Made by a program: the position numbers and the translations under genes. A stretch of 45,431 nt of DNA, from positions 1 to 45,431 of the forward strand of contig NVRQ02000161.1 in NCBI GenBank assembly GCA_002400905.2. The letters are read 5' to 3'. The first letter of the stretch is position 1. Each line of letters starts with the position of its first letter. The stretch is from Gammaproteobacteria bacterium (GTDB lineage Bacteria; Pseudomonadota; Gammaproteobacteria; GCA-2400775). The notes under the pieces are model-generated. The model saw nothing but the letters and a program-made list of their open reading frames with translations. It was not told the origin of the DNA and searched no databases. This document shows positions 1 to 10,227 of the stretch, in pieces.

Positions 1-208
1 CTTAGTCCTTGTCAAGTGCTGTAACGCCGTGGCGGAACACCACAGTAACGCCCGAAGGGTTGGCCTGTCAGCGTTCATGGCGGCGTTCCACCTCTTGCTA
101 AGGACTAAGGCCATTAGCGGCGAGGCGCGTCTTGCACCCCGAGGGCACGTTGCCCTGAACGCTGACAGGCCAACTGTATCCATCAATATAGCCTTGTTGG
201 AGTACCAG
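1..208. repeat. Composite palindromic repeat / MITE-like element, left end outside window
   Basis: Perfect 19-bp inverted repeat GTTGGCCTGTCAGCGTTCA at 59-77 and 156-174; bases 1-10 are the reverse complement of 100-109; 179-198 is identical to 36900-36919. Confidence 0.75.
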
Positions 209-220
209 CGAGAGTAGTTT

Positions 221-802
221 ATGACCAATGCCTCAAATAGTGGCGACCACCTTGGTCAACGTCTTGTCTTCGAAGAGAGTCTCCCTCTAAGTTATAAAGT
301 AGTAGAGATGTTGCCGCAAGGTAATGAACATGTGGCACTACAAATTAGTAACGAAGAAACACTTCACGCCATTATGATGGTCGAAGATACTCCAAAAGAG
401 AACTCTGATGATAGCAATGTAGATGCTCAAGATATTCTTCGTTTGGAATATAAGATTAATGTCATGTTTGAATTACTTGTTGGTTTGTATCAACGAGAAG
501 CCGAGCTGCCGCTATCGACTCATATCATACTGCGTTCTGACGCAATACAATGGCATAACACTGATTCGCTTGAGATAGGCAGCAATGTGTTAGTTGATTT
601 GTACATGAGCCGTAAATACCCCAAGCCATTAGTTCTGGCCGGAACCGTGACTTCGGTAAGCACCGAACTACCCTCATTATTGACGATGACATTTGCCGAT
701 GCTGTTAGTGAACGCATTCGTGATTGGATTGATAAATTTATATTTCGCCATCATCGTCGCTCAGTAGCTTTGGCTCGCCGGCAACTGAGTGGCTCGGACT
801 AA
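221..802 (+). CDS. Atypical PilZ-domain protein (tPilZ/PilZ_2-like), putative c-di-GMP receptor
   Basis: 193 aa; N-terminal coiled coil (ILRLEYKINVMFELL), beta-rich C-terminal half and Arg-rich C-terminal helix FIFRHHRRSVA; lies directly upstream of fleQ. Confidence 0.65.
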   Translation: MTNASNSGDHLGQRLVFEESLPLSYKVVEMLPQGNEHVALQISNEETLHAIMMVEDTPKENSDDSNVDAQDILRLEYKINVMFELLVGLYQREAELPLSTHIILRSDAIQWHNTDSLEIGSNVLVDLYMSRKYPKPLVLAGTVTSVSTELPSLLTMTFADAVSERIRDWIDKFIFRHHRRSVALARRQLSGSD

Positions 803-844
803 GCGTTTACTTTAGTAATATAGGCACTCTTGACACCGGGTTGG

Positions 845-884
845 ATGTCAGAATTTTGACATTCATCGATTTCAGTGGTTAACT
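845..884 (+). promoter_or_regulatory. FleQ-type box overlapping a putative sigma70 promoter of fleQ
   Basis: Palindrome atGTCAGAATTTTGACat (845-862) fits GTCA-N6-TGAC; TTGACA (856-861) is 17 bp from TTAACT (879-884). Confidence 0.55.
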
Positions 885-953
885 AGGGATCTAGGTTTAA
901 GAAGAATACTACAGCCTAGCCACTAGAACGCTGAAATCGGGGGGTATTGAGCG

Positions 954-2375
954 GTGTCTTTATCCAGTGTATTTGTTGTTGAGTCTGATAGTGCTCGTAA
1001 ACAAATGATCAAGCAAACGCTTGAGTTTGTCGGCTGCGACTCTGTTGCAGTGTGTGAAAAAAGTGATTGGCCAGCTGAGTTTAACGCTGCGTCAGCTCAA
1101 GTCATTTTGCTCGGGCCATCTATTGCTGATCATAGTGGCTTTCTCGATAAAGCCAATGATTCTGCTGAAGGTGTACCGGTTATTGTGCTTGCCGATATAG
1201 ACGGTGAGCGTAGCCCTAGTCCTGAAGTTATGCGTCGCGTTCTTACGGTGGTTAGTTTCCCTTTGAAATTTGCCCAGCTTAATGAAGCGTTATTGCAGGC
1301 AGAGTTGTTTCTCGAGAGCAAGCAAAAGCCTAACGGTAAGCGTACGCCCGAGTTATTTCGTAGTTTGGTTGGCAATAGTCGTAAAGTACGTTTGATTCGT
1401 GACCAGATTGACCAGGTTGCTAAGACAGATGCGAACGTGTTGATTCTTGGTGAATCTGGCACTGGAAAAGAAGTTGTTGCGCGTAACTTGCATTACCATT
1501 CTTCTCGTCGTGATGAACCTTTTGTGCCGATCAATTGTGGCGCGATACCCACAGATTTATTAGAGAGTGAGCTTTTCGGGCATGAAAAAGGCGCTTTTAC
1601 TGGCGCAATTAGTGCGCGCCGAGGTCGCTTTGAAGTTGCTGATGGTGGCACCTTATTTTTAGATGAGATTGGCGATATGAGTACGCACATGCAGGTGAAA
1701 TTGCTGCGTGTGTTGCAAGAACGCACCTATGAGCGTATCGGCAGCAATAAAACCATGATGGCTGACGTGCGCATTATCGCCGCGACGCATCGTAATCTTG
1801 AAGAAGCGATTACTGAGGGTCATTTTCGCGAAGATTTATATTATAGGCTTAATGTATTTCCTATTGAAATGCCACCGTTGCGCGAGCGTAAAGATGATAT
1901 CTCGCTATTAATAAATGAAATTATTACACGCTTAGAGCATGAAAAGCGCGGCTCAGTGCGGTTGACACCTGCTACCGTTATAGCGCTGACTGAGTACGCA
2001 TGGCCAGGGAATGTACGCGAATTAGCGAACTTGATCGAACGTATGGTAATTATGCATCCCTTTGGTGTTGTCGATGTGGCTGATCTACCTGAAAAGTACC
2101 GCGTGCATGCTAGCGAGATTTTACTACCCATTGGTGTAAGCTCTTCCGAGCCTGATTCGATTATGCTTGATGGCGATGAAATGCCACGCCTACCGCGTGA
2201 GGGTATTGATTTAAAAACGCACCTTAATATGATGGAGCGTCATCTTATCTTGCAAGCGTTAGAAGATAGCGGTGGTGTTGTCGCGCATGCGGCGAACCGA
2301 CTTAAATTACGGCGTACAACCTTGGTTGAGAAACTGCGTAAGTATGGTCTTCAGCGTGCTGAAGAAACGACATAA
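954..2375 (+). CDS. fleQ: Sigma54-dependent flagellar master regulator FleQ/FlrA
   Basis: Degenerate REC-like N-terminus, LFRSLVG linker, Walker [24 protein letters not shown]-terminal HTH ([13 protein letters not shown]); GTG start. Confidence 0.95.
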   Translation: MSLSSVFVVESDSARKQMIKQTLEFVGCDSVAVCEKSDWPAEFNAASAQVILLGPSIADHSGFLDKANDSAEGVPVIVLADIDGERSPSPEVMRRVLTVVSFPLKFAQLNEALLQAELFLESKQKPNGKRTPELFRSLVGNSRKVRLIRDQIDQVAKTDANVLILGESGTGKEVVARNLHYHSSRRDEPFVPINCGAIPTDLLESELFGHEKGAFTGAISARRGRFEVADGGTLFLDEIGDMSTHMQVKLLRVLQERTYERIGSNKTMMADVRIIAATHRNLEEAITEGHFREDLYYRLNVFPIEMPPLRERKDDISLLINEIITRLEHEKRGSVRLTPATVIALTEYAWPGNVRELANLIERMVIMHPFGVVDVADLPEKYRVHASEILLPIGVSSSEPDSIMLDGDEMPRLPREGIDLKTHLNMMERHLILQALEDSGGVVAHAANRLKLRRTTLVEKLRKYGLQRAEETT

Positions 2376-2418
2376 ATTTGACGCTACATTTTTTTACCCT
2401 ACCTTTAACGTACTGATA
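2369..2418. promoter_or_regulatory. Putative FleQ enhancer box and IHF site upstream of fleSR
   Basis: GACATAAATTTGAC (2369-2382) is FleQ-box-like; minus-strand TATCAGTACGTTA (2406-2418) matches the IHF consensus WATCARNNNNTTR. Confidence 0.55.
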
Positions 2419-2445
2419 GTTAATAAGAATACTTAGAAGGATACA

Positions 2446-2461
2446 CGGCATACTTCTTGCT
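2446..2461 (+). promoter_or_regulatory. Sigma54 (-24/-12) promoter of fleSR
   Basis: CGGCATACTTCTTGCT with exact GG-N10-GC spacing. Confidence 0.85.
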
Positions 2462-2513
2462 CAATAGCTTAAGAAATCTATAAAAGGCTATTGATAATAA
2501 TGAGCAAGATGCG

Positions 2514-3632
2514 ATGCGAGCAGAAGTTTTAGAGCCAGCGCTGGCCCACAGTCAGGCGTATTTACTTGCGACACCGACCTACGCCGATTCGAGTATCTCT
2601 GTCAGCGATGAAGCACCCGTCGCCTATTTGACACGTTTACTCGATGCGTTACCTGCGGGCGTTATTGTTCTCGACGCTAAAGGTTTTGTTGAGCGCAGCA
2701 ATATTGTGGCATGTGACCTGTTGGGTGAGCCGCTAGTTGGGCAGCCGTGGTATGACGTTATTCGTCGCTGTTTTGAAAGCGGGTCGAGTGATTCAGACTA
2801 TTTGCGTATTAAAGGCGGTCGCTATGTCAGCATAGCGACTAAGCCACTTGATGGTTTACCCGGTCAAGTATTGCTCATCTCTGATGTTACCGAAAAATAC
2901 CGTTTACAAGACCGATTGCGTTGTTATAAACGGCTCTCGACAATGGGTGAAGTCGCAGCCTCGCTTGCGCATCAAATTCGCACACCTTTATCCTCAGCAT
3001 TACTCTACGCAACAAATCTACAATCGGTAGATTGCGACAAAAAAACGCGCGAATCGTTTTTAGATAAAGTAGTTTCTCGCCTCAATCATCTGGACAATCT
3101 CGTTAATAGTTTATTGATGTTTGCTGGTAAAGGACGCTTTACCGTCAAGCATATTGCTATTGATACCTTACACAATGAATTAGTAAGTGGTATTGACACG
3201 CAAGTGAATACATCAGCGTGTGATATTAATCATATTAATCACTGCTCGGATGCGGTGGTTATGGGTAATCAAGCAGCCTTATTGAGCGCCATACAAAATA
3301 TTATTATTAATGCAGTACAGGTTTGTACTGATAATGGGAAAATTAATATTGTTTTTGATCACGCTCTGGACACTGCTGGCCGCGATTGTATTCAAATAAA
3401 AATTCAAGACAATGGGCCAGGGATCAATAGCGAGGCGTTGCAAGAAATATTCAAACCTTTTTATACGACAAAAAAAAATGGGACTGGACTGGGCCTTGCT
3501 GTGGTGAATGATGTGATTAAAGCTCATAGCGGTGAAATTAATGTTAGTTCTGAGCTGGGCATAGGCACTGAGTTTATTATTAATTTGCCTTCTGTAAATA
3601 TTAAAAATCAACGTAATGGGAAAAATAGGTGA
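2514..3632 (+). CDS. fleS: PAS-domain sensor histidine kinase FleS/FlrB
   Basis: PAS-like N-terminal half, H-box LAHQIRTPL, G boxes DNGPG and GTGLGL; sits between fleQ and fleR. Confidence 0.93.
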   Translation: MRAEVLEPALAHSQAYLLATPTYADSSISVSDEAPVAYLTRLLDALPAGVIVLDAKGFVERSNIVACDLLGEPLVGQPWYDVIRRCFESGSSDSDYLRIKGGRYVSIATKPLDGLPGQVLLISDVTEKYRLQDRLRCYKRLSTMGEVAASLAHQIRTPLSSALLYATNLQSVDCDKKTRESFLDKVVSRLNHLDNLVNSLLMFAGKGRFTVKHIAIDTLHNELVSGIDTQVNTSACDINHINHCSDAVVMGNQAALLSAIQNIIINAVQVCTDNGKINIVFDHALDTAGRDCIQIKIQDNGPGINSEALQEIFKPFYTTKKNGTGLGLAVVNDVIKAHSGEINVSSELGIGTEFIINLPSVNIKNQRNGKNR

Positions 3633-3637
3633 TCGAT

Positions 3638-4999
3638 ATGAATCAATCAACCGTACTTGTAGTTGAAGATGATAGTGACTTACGGGAAGCTCTGTGCGAT
3701 ACGCTTAGGTTGGCAGGTTATGAAGTCGAATCAGCTTGGGATGGTCGCTCGGCACTGGAAATTGTCAATCAACGTAAGGATGACCTTGGCTTAATTATTA
3801 GTGACATTCAGATGACACCGATGGATGGCGTATCGTTACTTAAGCGGGTACGACGTGTTTGTGCAGATATCCCCGTTTTGCTTATGACGGCATACGGGAC
3901 TATTGAGCAGGCGGTGTCAACCTTACGTGAAGGTGCAGCGGATTATATGGTGAAGCCGTTTGAAGCTAAAGTGCTCGTGAGTATGGTGAGTCGCTATATT
4001 ATCCAGCATGACGACACGTCAGATTTTATCTGTGCCGCAGTGTCCAGTAAAAAACTTGCTACCTTAGCGCGACGTGTTGCGCTAAGTGATGCGACTGTTT
4101 TAATTAGCGGTGAAAGTGGCACTGGTAAAGAAGTGATAGCGCGTTATATTCATGATAATTCAGCGCGCAATAAAGGTGTATTTGTCGCCATTAACTGTGC
4201 GGCCATCCCCGACAACATGTTAGAAGCGACATTGTTTGGTTATGAAAAGGGCGCTTTTACTGGTGCTTACAATGCCTCGCCAGGGAAGTTCGAGCAAGCG
4301 CAAGGTGGCACGTTATTACTGGATGAAATTTCAGAAATGAACATCTCTTTGCAAGCAAAAATATTAAGAGTTTTACAAGAGCGTGAAGTTGAACGCTTAG
4401 GTGGCAATAAGTTGATAGAGCTTGATGTTCGTGTCTTGGCAACGACAAATAGGAATCTAGCTGCCGAAGTTAAAAGTAATCGCTTCCGTGAAGATTTATT
4501 TTATCGCCTCAATGTATTTCCATTACAAATTGGCGCCTTACGCGAACGTAAGGAGGACATTCTTCCGCTTGCTGTAAGCTTTATTGAGCGTATTGCGATA
4601 CAACAATCACAAGCCATACCTGTGTTAACTAAGTCAGCTGAGGAGCATTTACTTAGTCATCCTTGGCCGGGCAACGTGCGTGAATTAGACAATGTCATTC
4701 AACGTGCAATGATATTGCAGCTTGGCGATGAAATTGAAGAAGACGATTTACAATTGACTTCATTTAATGGCTTTGAGACAAGCATCATGAGCAGTGTTGA
4801 GCAAACCCATGTTGATGCAGACAACTTGGCGCAAGACATGCTGGGGCATGAGCATAATCTCATCCTTGATGCATTGAGTAACGGTAACCGTAAACAAGCA
4901 GCAGAAAAATTGGGTATTAGCCAACGTACATTACGTTATAAATTAGCCAAAATGCGTGATTCTGGCATTGAAGTGCCACGACGCGCAGTATTGGTTTAA
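3638..4999 (+). CDS. fleR: Sigma54-dependent response regulator FleR/FlrC
   Basis: REC (VVEDD, SDIQM, KPF), [17 protein letters not shown] (LGISQRTLRYKL); ATG 3638 follows AGGTG, GTG 3629 is an alternative start. Confidence 0.95.
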   Translation: MNQSTVLVVEDDSDLREALCDTLRLAGYEVESAWDGRSALEIVNQRKDDLGLIISDIQMTPMDGVSLLKRVRRVCADIPVLLMTAYGTIEQAVSTLREGAADYMVKPFEAKVLVSMVSRYIIQHDDTSDFICAAVSSKKLATLARRVALSDATVLISGESGTGKEVIARYIHDNSARNKGVFVAINCAAIPDNMLEATLFGYEKGAFTGAYNASPGKFEQAQGGTLLLDEISEMNISLQAKILRVLQEREVERLGGNKLIELDVRVLATTNRNLAAEVKSNRFREDLFYRLNVFPLQIGALRERKEDILPLAVSFIERIAIQQSQAIPVLTKSAEEHLLSHPWPGNVRELDNVIQRAMILQLGDEIEEDDLQLTSFNGFETSIMSSVEQTHVDADNLAQDMLGHEHNLILDALSNGNRKQAAEKLGISQRTLRYKLAKMRDSGIEVPRRAVLV

Positions 5000-5048
5000 T
5001 GATTTATTGCAACGATAATAATAAATTGCATAGAGACAGAGGTGTCTA

Positions 5049-5369
5049 ATGAATAGTATTGAAGTGAACCAGTTATTAGATCAAATGCGCGCAATGACCG
5101 CGCAAGCTCAGGGTGTGCCGGCCGAGACGAATGCCGTTAGCGGTGGTGACAGTTTCTCTTCAATGTTTTCAAATGCCATTAATACAGTGAATGATATACA
5201 GAAACAATCAGGTGCGTTGGCAAGGGGATTTGAACAGGGAAATCCAGATATTGCACTTAGTGACGTCATGGTTGCTTCGCAAAAATCTTCAGTTGCATTT
5301 GAGGCAACTATTCAGGTTAGAAACCGCTTGGTAGAAGCTTACCAAGCAGTAATGAGAATGCCGATATAA
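5049..5369 (+). CDS. fliE: Flagellar hook-basal body protein FliE
   Basis: C-terminus QVRNRLVEAYQAVMRMPI; position before fliF. Confidence 0.96.
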   Translation: MNSIEVNQLLDQMRAMTAQAQGVPAETNAVSGGDSFSSMFSNAINTVNDIQKQSGALARGFEQGNPDIALSDVMVASQKSSVAFEATIQVRNRLVEAYQAVMRMPI

Positions 5370-5528
5370 GGAACCTCTGAGCTATTCATGAACTCGTATC
5401 TTGTGCCTAAAATATCCAGTTGCTGCGTTGCAAACCTTCGTAATAGCCTGCTATTACGTGCGATTCGCGCCTTGAATCTGAAGATTTTAGATCACAACCT
5501 ACTTCGTCCAGAATAAATCAGAGGTTCC
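5370..5528. mobile_element. MITE-like element with terminal inverted repeats GGAACCTCTGA/TCAGAGGTTCC
   Basis: 11-bp perfect TIR (5370-5380, 5518-5528), inner arms ttgtgcctaaaat/attttagatcacaa, central hairpin gtaatag-cctg-ctattac; starts immediately after the fliE TAA. Confidence 0.8.
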
Positions 5529-5562
5529 ATAACACATAAAAAAACTGGCGAGAATGAATTAA

Positions 5563-7227
5563 ATGGCACTGATAAATACAGGAAATATAGCGTTACAATC
5601 GCAAGGCTTTAATGCTTTGCCATTCTTGCGTCAAATAGGCCTCATGGTTGGTTTGGCTGCGAGTGTGGCAATCGGCGTTTGGGTTGTAGGTTGGTCGCAA
5701 CAACCAAGTTATCGCGTGTTATATGGCAGTTTGAGTGAGACCGATACTGCTGCAGTATCATCTGAATTGTCTAAGTCAAACATTCCCTATAAAGTATCTG
5801 ATGCAAACGGATCGATTATGGTGCCCGTATCTGACTTGCATAATGCTAGATTAAAACTTGCTGCAGTAGGCTTGCCTAATAGCAGTCATTCAGGTTATGA
5901 AATCCTTGATAAAGAGCAAGGTTTTGGCACCAGCCAATTTATGGAGACTGCACGTTATCAGCGGGCGATAGAAGGTGAGCTATCACGCACTATTGGTGCT
6001 ATGAATAACGTTCAAACCGCGCGCGTTCATCTTGCGACACCTAAGCAATCTGCATTTTTGCGTAATCGTAAAAAGACTACCGCTGCAGTATTTGTCCATC
6101 TTCATCCTGGTCAACAAATTCAAGAGGGTCAAGCTGGCGCGATCGCGCATTTAGTTGCATCAAGCGTACCCAATCTAAACATTGAAAATGTAACGGTTGT
6201 TGATCAGCGTGGTAGGTTGTTAAGTCGTAGTGGTGCGCAAGATATGCAAATGAATTCAACGCAGTTTGATTATCGACGTAAAGTTGAAAGTCATTATATG
6301 CAACGCATTGAAGATATTCTTACACCTATTCTGGGTCTTGGTTCAGTTAAGGCGCAGGTTGTTGCTGATCTTGATTTCACCTTTAGAGAAGAAACGGCAG
6401 AAACCTATAATCCTGAAAACTCGGCGATTCGCAGTGAAGTTGTTAGTGAAGACGAGGTACGTGATGGTAGTAATGAGGTGGGCGGAGTTCCGGGAGCGTT
6501 GTCTAATCAGCCACCTGTCTCAGCTATTGGTGGAAGTGATGAAACGAGCAGATTAAATTTCAGTCGACGTTCGACACGTAATTTTGAACTCGACCATACG
6601 ATTAGCCGCACACGCCAGGCTACTGGTACCGTACAAAAGCTCTCTGCAGCAGTGGTATTGAATGACCGTCAAACCATAGGTGAGGAGGGTGAAACCATCA
6701 GTACTCCATTGAGCGAAGAAGAGGTTCTACGCTTTACTGTATTAGTTAAAGAAGCCATCGGTTTTAATGAAGAACGTGGTGATAAGATTAGCGTTATCAA
6801 TGCCTCATTTAATGTGCCTGAAGCACTAGTTGAGCTTGAAGGCCCACCTGTTTGGGAGCAGGCATGGTTTGCTAGTACTTTAAAGCAAGTCGCGGCAGGT
6901 ATTGGTGTCTTGATATTGATTTTTGGAGTGCTAAAACCGATTTTGAAGGACTTAGTTAACAAAGGCACTGCAACGACTGCGGTTGCATTAGCTGATCAGT
7001 CGGTCGCTCTGGATGGAAATGGTGTGCCGATTGTTATAGATCAAGCAGCCTTGGCAGCGCAGAACTCCGGAACGCCTGCTATAGCAGGACAAAATGGAGT
7101 GCCGATGCTGCAAACCGGTAATGCCTCCTACGATACACATTTACAGCAGGCAAGAATGATGGCTGGGGAAGATCCTAAAGTGGTTGCTCAGGTAGTACGT
7201 AATTGGGTGACTACTGATGGCAAGTGA
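5563..7227 (+). CDS. fliF: Flagellar MS-ring protein FliF
   Basis: Two TM segments, RAIEGELSRTI, ARVHLA, GGVPGALSNQP, C-terminal VAQVVRNW. Confidence 0.97.
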   Translation: MALINTGNIALQSQGFNALPFLRQIGLMVGLAASVAIGVWVVGWSQQPSYRVLYGSLSETDTAAVSSELSKSNIPYKVSDANGSIMVPVSDLHNARLKLAAVGLPNSSHSGYEILDKEQGFGTSQFMETARYQRAIEGELSRTIGAMNNVQTARVHLATPKQSAFLRNRKKTTAAVFVHLHPGQQIQEGQAGAIAHLVASSVPNLNIENVTVVDQRGRLLSRSGAQDMQMNSTQFDYRRKVESHYMQRIEDILTPILGLGSVKAQVVADLDFTFREETAETYNPENSAIRSEVVSEDEVRDGSNEVGGVPGALSNQPPVSAIGGSDETSRLNFSRRSTRNFELDHTISRTRQATGTVQKLSAAVVLNDRQTIGEEGETISTPLSEEEVLRFTVLVKEAIGFNEERGDKISVINASFNVPEALVELEGPPVWEQAWFASTLKQVAAGIGVLILIFGVLKPILKDLVNKGTATTAVALADQSVALDGNGVPIVIDQAALAAQNSGTPAIAGQNGVPMLQTGNASYDTHLQQARMMAGEDPKVVAQVVRNWVTTDGK

Positions 7228-8242
7228 GAAAGCGCCAGCGGTTGATTTGACATCGGGTACAGCAAAAGCAGCCGTATTGTTGTTGACCTTGGGTGAGGAG
7301 GACGCAGCAGAAATCCTTAAGCACATGGGGCCAAAGGAAGTGCAAAAAGTAGGCGGCGCGATGGCAACGTTGTCCAATATTAGTAAAGAGCAGGTTGATA
7401 CGGTGCTTGAAGAATTCATTACCATAGTGGGTTCTCAAACTTCTTTAGGTGTCGGTGCCGACGATTACATTCGAAAAACTATGATCAATGCACTCGGTGA
7501 AGATAAGGCCGGCGCTTTGATGGATCGTATTCTGTTAGGTGGGTCTGCCAGTGGTCTTGAGCAATTAAAATGGCTTGATTCCCGTGGTATTGCTGAAATG
7601 ATTCGGCTTGAGCATCCACAAATTATCGCTATTGTGCTGTCTTATCTTGAGTCTGATCAAGCTGGGGCAGTATTGCAATTACTTCCTGAAAATGTGCGTT
7701 CTGACCTTATTTTGCGTGTTGCAACACTGGATACCGTTCAGCCTTCAGCGATTCAAGAGCTCAATATTATTATGGAAAAACAGTTTGCTGGTGGTAGCGG
7801 TGTTCAATCTACTGGTTTTGGTGGGTTGAAAGTTGCCGCAGATATTCTTAACTTCCTCGACGGTTCGGTTGAAGAGAAAGTCATGGCAAACATTAAGAAA
7901 ACCGATGAAGATATGGCCACACAGATCGAAGATTTAATGTTTGTATTTGATAATATTAAAGATGTTGATGATCGCGGCATGCAGGCTTTGATGCGTGAGG
8001 TTTCCAGTGATGCATTGGTGCTTGCGTTAAAAGGTTGTGATGCAGAGCTGAAACAACAGTTTATCGGTAATATGTCCAAGCGCGCTGCAGAAATGTTGGT
8101 GGAGGATCTTGAGACACGCGGCCCTGTTAAATTGAGTGAAGTAGAAGGTGCGCAAAAAGAAATTCTAGCTATTGTTCGCCGAATGTCTGAATCAGGTGAA
8201 ATTATCTTAGGTGGTGGTGGTGGTGGTGAAGAATATGTCTAA
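7217..8242 (+). CDS. fliG: Flagellar motor switch protein FliG
   Basis: KAAVLLL, EHPQ, MFVF, NMSKRAA motifs. Confidence 0.97.
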   Translation: MASEKAPAVDLTSGTAKAAVLLLTLGEEDAAEILKHMGPKEVQKVGGAMATLSNISKEQVDTVLEEFITIVGSQTSLGVGADDYIRKTMINALGEDKAGALMDRILLGGSASGLEQLKWLDSRGIAEMIRLEHPQIIAIVLSYLESDQAGAVLQLLPENVRSDLILRVATLDTVQPSAIQELNIIMEKQFAGGSGVQSTGFGGLKVAADILNFLDGSVEEKVMANIKKTDEDMATQIEDLMFVFDNIKDVDDRGMQALMREVSSDALVLALKGCDAELKQQFIGNMSKRAAEMLVEDLETRGPVKLSEVEGAQKEILAIVRRMSESGEIILGGGGGGEEYV

Positions 8243-8858
8243 TATACTCAATGAAGACAATGCAGACTGTCAGCCTTGGGCTTTTCCTCAGGTTAACCGG
8301 TCATCAAATTTAGGTGCAAATGCTGGAGTTAGCGGCAAGCGCTCGGATAAGCGTCAGGAGCAAGACGCCTATAAAGCGGGTTTTGCGCGTGGACTTGCAG
8401 ATGGGATGGCATCGTCTCAATCAGAACTTAATCATCGCTTAAGTCGTCTTGATGAAGCAATACTATTTATATCGAAACCGATCGATGCGGTTGAGGAGCA
8501 TGTTGAACAGGAACTAGCAGGGCTTGCAATTGAAATCGCGCGGCAAATTCTTCGACGAGAAATAAAACTGGATTCCGGACATGTCGTTGCCGTTGTGCGT
8601 GAGGCGATCGCGAGCTTGCCGATCAGTACCGAGCCAATGAGCGTGCATCTTAATCCAGTTGATGCATTATGTGTAAAGGAAGCTTTGTCACTTAGTGACA
8701 CAGACCATAGTTACAGAATTATTGAAGATCCTGTGGTATCACGTGGCGGTTGTCGCATTATGTCGGCGACATCACAGATAGATGCCACTATGGAGAAACA
8801 GGTGGCAGCTATTTCTGCACGTATTTTTGGTGGTGAGCGCGATGCAGACAGCAACTAA
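8235..8858 (+). CDS. fliH: Flagellar assembly protein FliH
   Basis: N-terminal PWAFP, AYxxGFxxGxxxG repeat, GGC motif; ATG 8235 chosen. Confidence 0.9.
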   Translation: MSNILNEDNADCQPWAFPQVNRSSNLGANAGVSGKRSDKRQEQDAYKAGFARGLADGMASSQSELNHRLSRLDEAILFISKPIDAVEEHVEQELAGLAIEIARQILRREIKLDSGHVVAVVREAIASLPISTEPMSVHLNPVDALCVKEALSLSDTDHSYRIIEDPVVSRGGCRIMSATSQIDATMEKQVAAISARIFGGERDADSN

Positions 8859-10227
8859 CCCGCACAATCACCGTTGGCAGAAATATTTAGCTTCTCGTCG
8901 CCTATGCGCGCAAGAGCGAGAGCCATTTATCGTTGAAGGTAAATTGATACGAATGGTTGGGTTAACGCTAGAAGCTGTTGGTTGCCAGGCTCCAGTGGGT
9001 GGTCGTTGTATTATTCAAAGCGCCGCGAATCAACATATCGAGGCGGAAGTAGTCGGTTTTTCTGGTGATCGTACCTATCTCATGCCCACGGGAGATATTC
9101 GCGGTTTATTGCCTAACTCACGTGTTATTCCAACAGGTCAAATTTATGATGCTGCGGTGGGTGATGATATGTTGGGACGAGTCATTAGTGGTGTTGGTAA
9201 GCCGCTGGATGGACGTGGGCCAATTAATTCCTCCCACCGCGTACCATTAACGGGAGTTGCAAAAAACCCATTAGAGCGTCAGCCAATTCGTGATGTGCTC
9301 GATGTGGGTGTTAGAGCGATTAATGGGTTATTGACAGTGGGTCGCGGCCAACGATTGGGTTTATTTGCCGGCAGTGGTGTGGGTAAAAGTGTATTGCTCG
9401 GCATGATGACGCGTTATACCAATGCCGATGTGATTGTTGTTGCCTTAGTTGGTGAGCGTGGTAGAGAAGTAAAAGAATTTGTTGATGACACGCTAGGCAA
9501 AGAAGGGTTGGCGCGTTCTATTGTCGTGGCAACCCCCGCTGATGATCCGCCATTATTGCGTATGCACGGAGCGATGTTGGCCACGAGTATTGCTGAGCAT
9601 TACCGTGACCAAGGTAAACATGTCTTATTGTTAATGGATTCACTAACACGTTTTGCTCAGGCACAACGTGAGATTGCATTAGCCATTGGTGAGCCACCCG
9701 CAACGAAAGGGTACCCACCTTCTGCCTTTGCAAAGCTACCTGCCTTGGTGGAGCGGGCAGGCAATGGTGGCATTAAGGGCGGATCAATTACCGGCCTCTA
9801 TACGGTACTGGCTGAAGGTGATGATCAACAAGACCCGATTGTTGATGCTGCGCGAGCTATTCTCGATGGACATATTGTCTTGTCACGAAAAATGGCGGAT
9901 AGCGGTTGTTATCCGGCAATTGATGTTGAAGCCTCAATTAGCCGCACTAAAAAACAAATAACGACTGATAAGCACCAATCTGTGGCGCGACATTTTCGTG
10001 ATCTCTATTCAACTTATCAGCAAAATCGTGATTTGATCAGTGTTGGTGCTTATACCGCTGGTGCAGACCCTCATCTTGACCAGGCGGTATCAGCATACCC
10101 AAATTTAGTTAACTACTTAAAACAAGATATCAATCATCACGTCAGTTTTGAGGATAGTGTGAACCAGCTAAATGGTTTATTCGTCAATCACGCTCAGACT
10201 GACTCAGTGCAAGGAGGCCAGGTATGA
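8842..10227 (+). CDS. fliI: Flagellar export ATPase FliI
   Basis: Walker [31 protein letters not shown]; ATG 8842 chosen. Confidence 0.97.
   Translation: MQTATNPHNHRWQKYLASRRLCAQEREPFIVEGKLIRMVGLTLEAVGCQAPVGGRCIIQSAANQHIEAEVVGFSGDRTYLMPTGDIRGLLPNSRVIPTGQIYDAAVGDDMLGRVISGVGKPLDGRGPINSSHRVPLTGVAKNPLERQPIRDVLDVGVRAINGLLTVGRGQRLGLFAGSGVGKSVLLGMMTRYTNADVIVVALVGERGREVKEFVDDTLGKEGLARSIVVATPADDPPLLRMHGAMLATSIAEHYRDQGKHVLLLMDSLTRFAQAQREIALAIGEPPATKGYPPSAFAKLPALVERAGNGGIKGGSITGLYTVLAEGDDQQDPIVDAARAILDGHIVLSRKMADSGCYPAIDVEASISRTKKQITTDKHQSVARHFRDLYSTYQQNRDLISVGAYTAGADPHLDQAVSAYPNLVNYLKQDINHHVSFEDSVNQLNGLFVNHAQTDSVQGGQV

Noticed and set aside
29-217. 62-aa ORF at the window start
   Set aside because: Lies wholly within the palindromic repeat and has no recognisable protein features.
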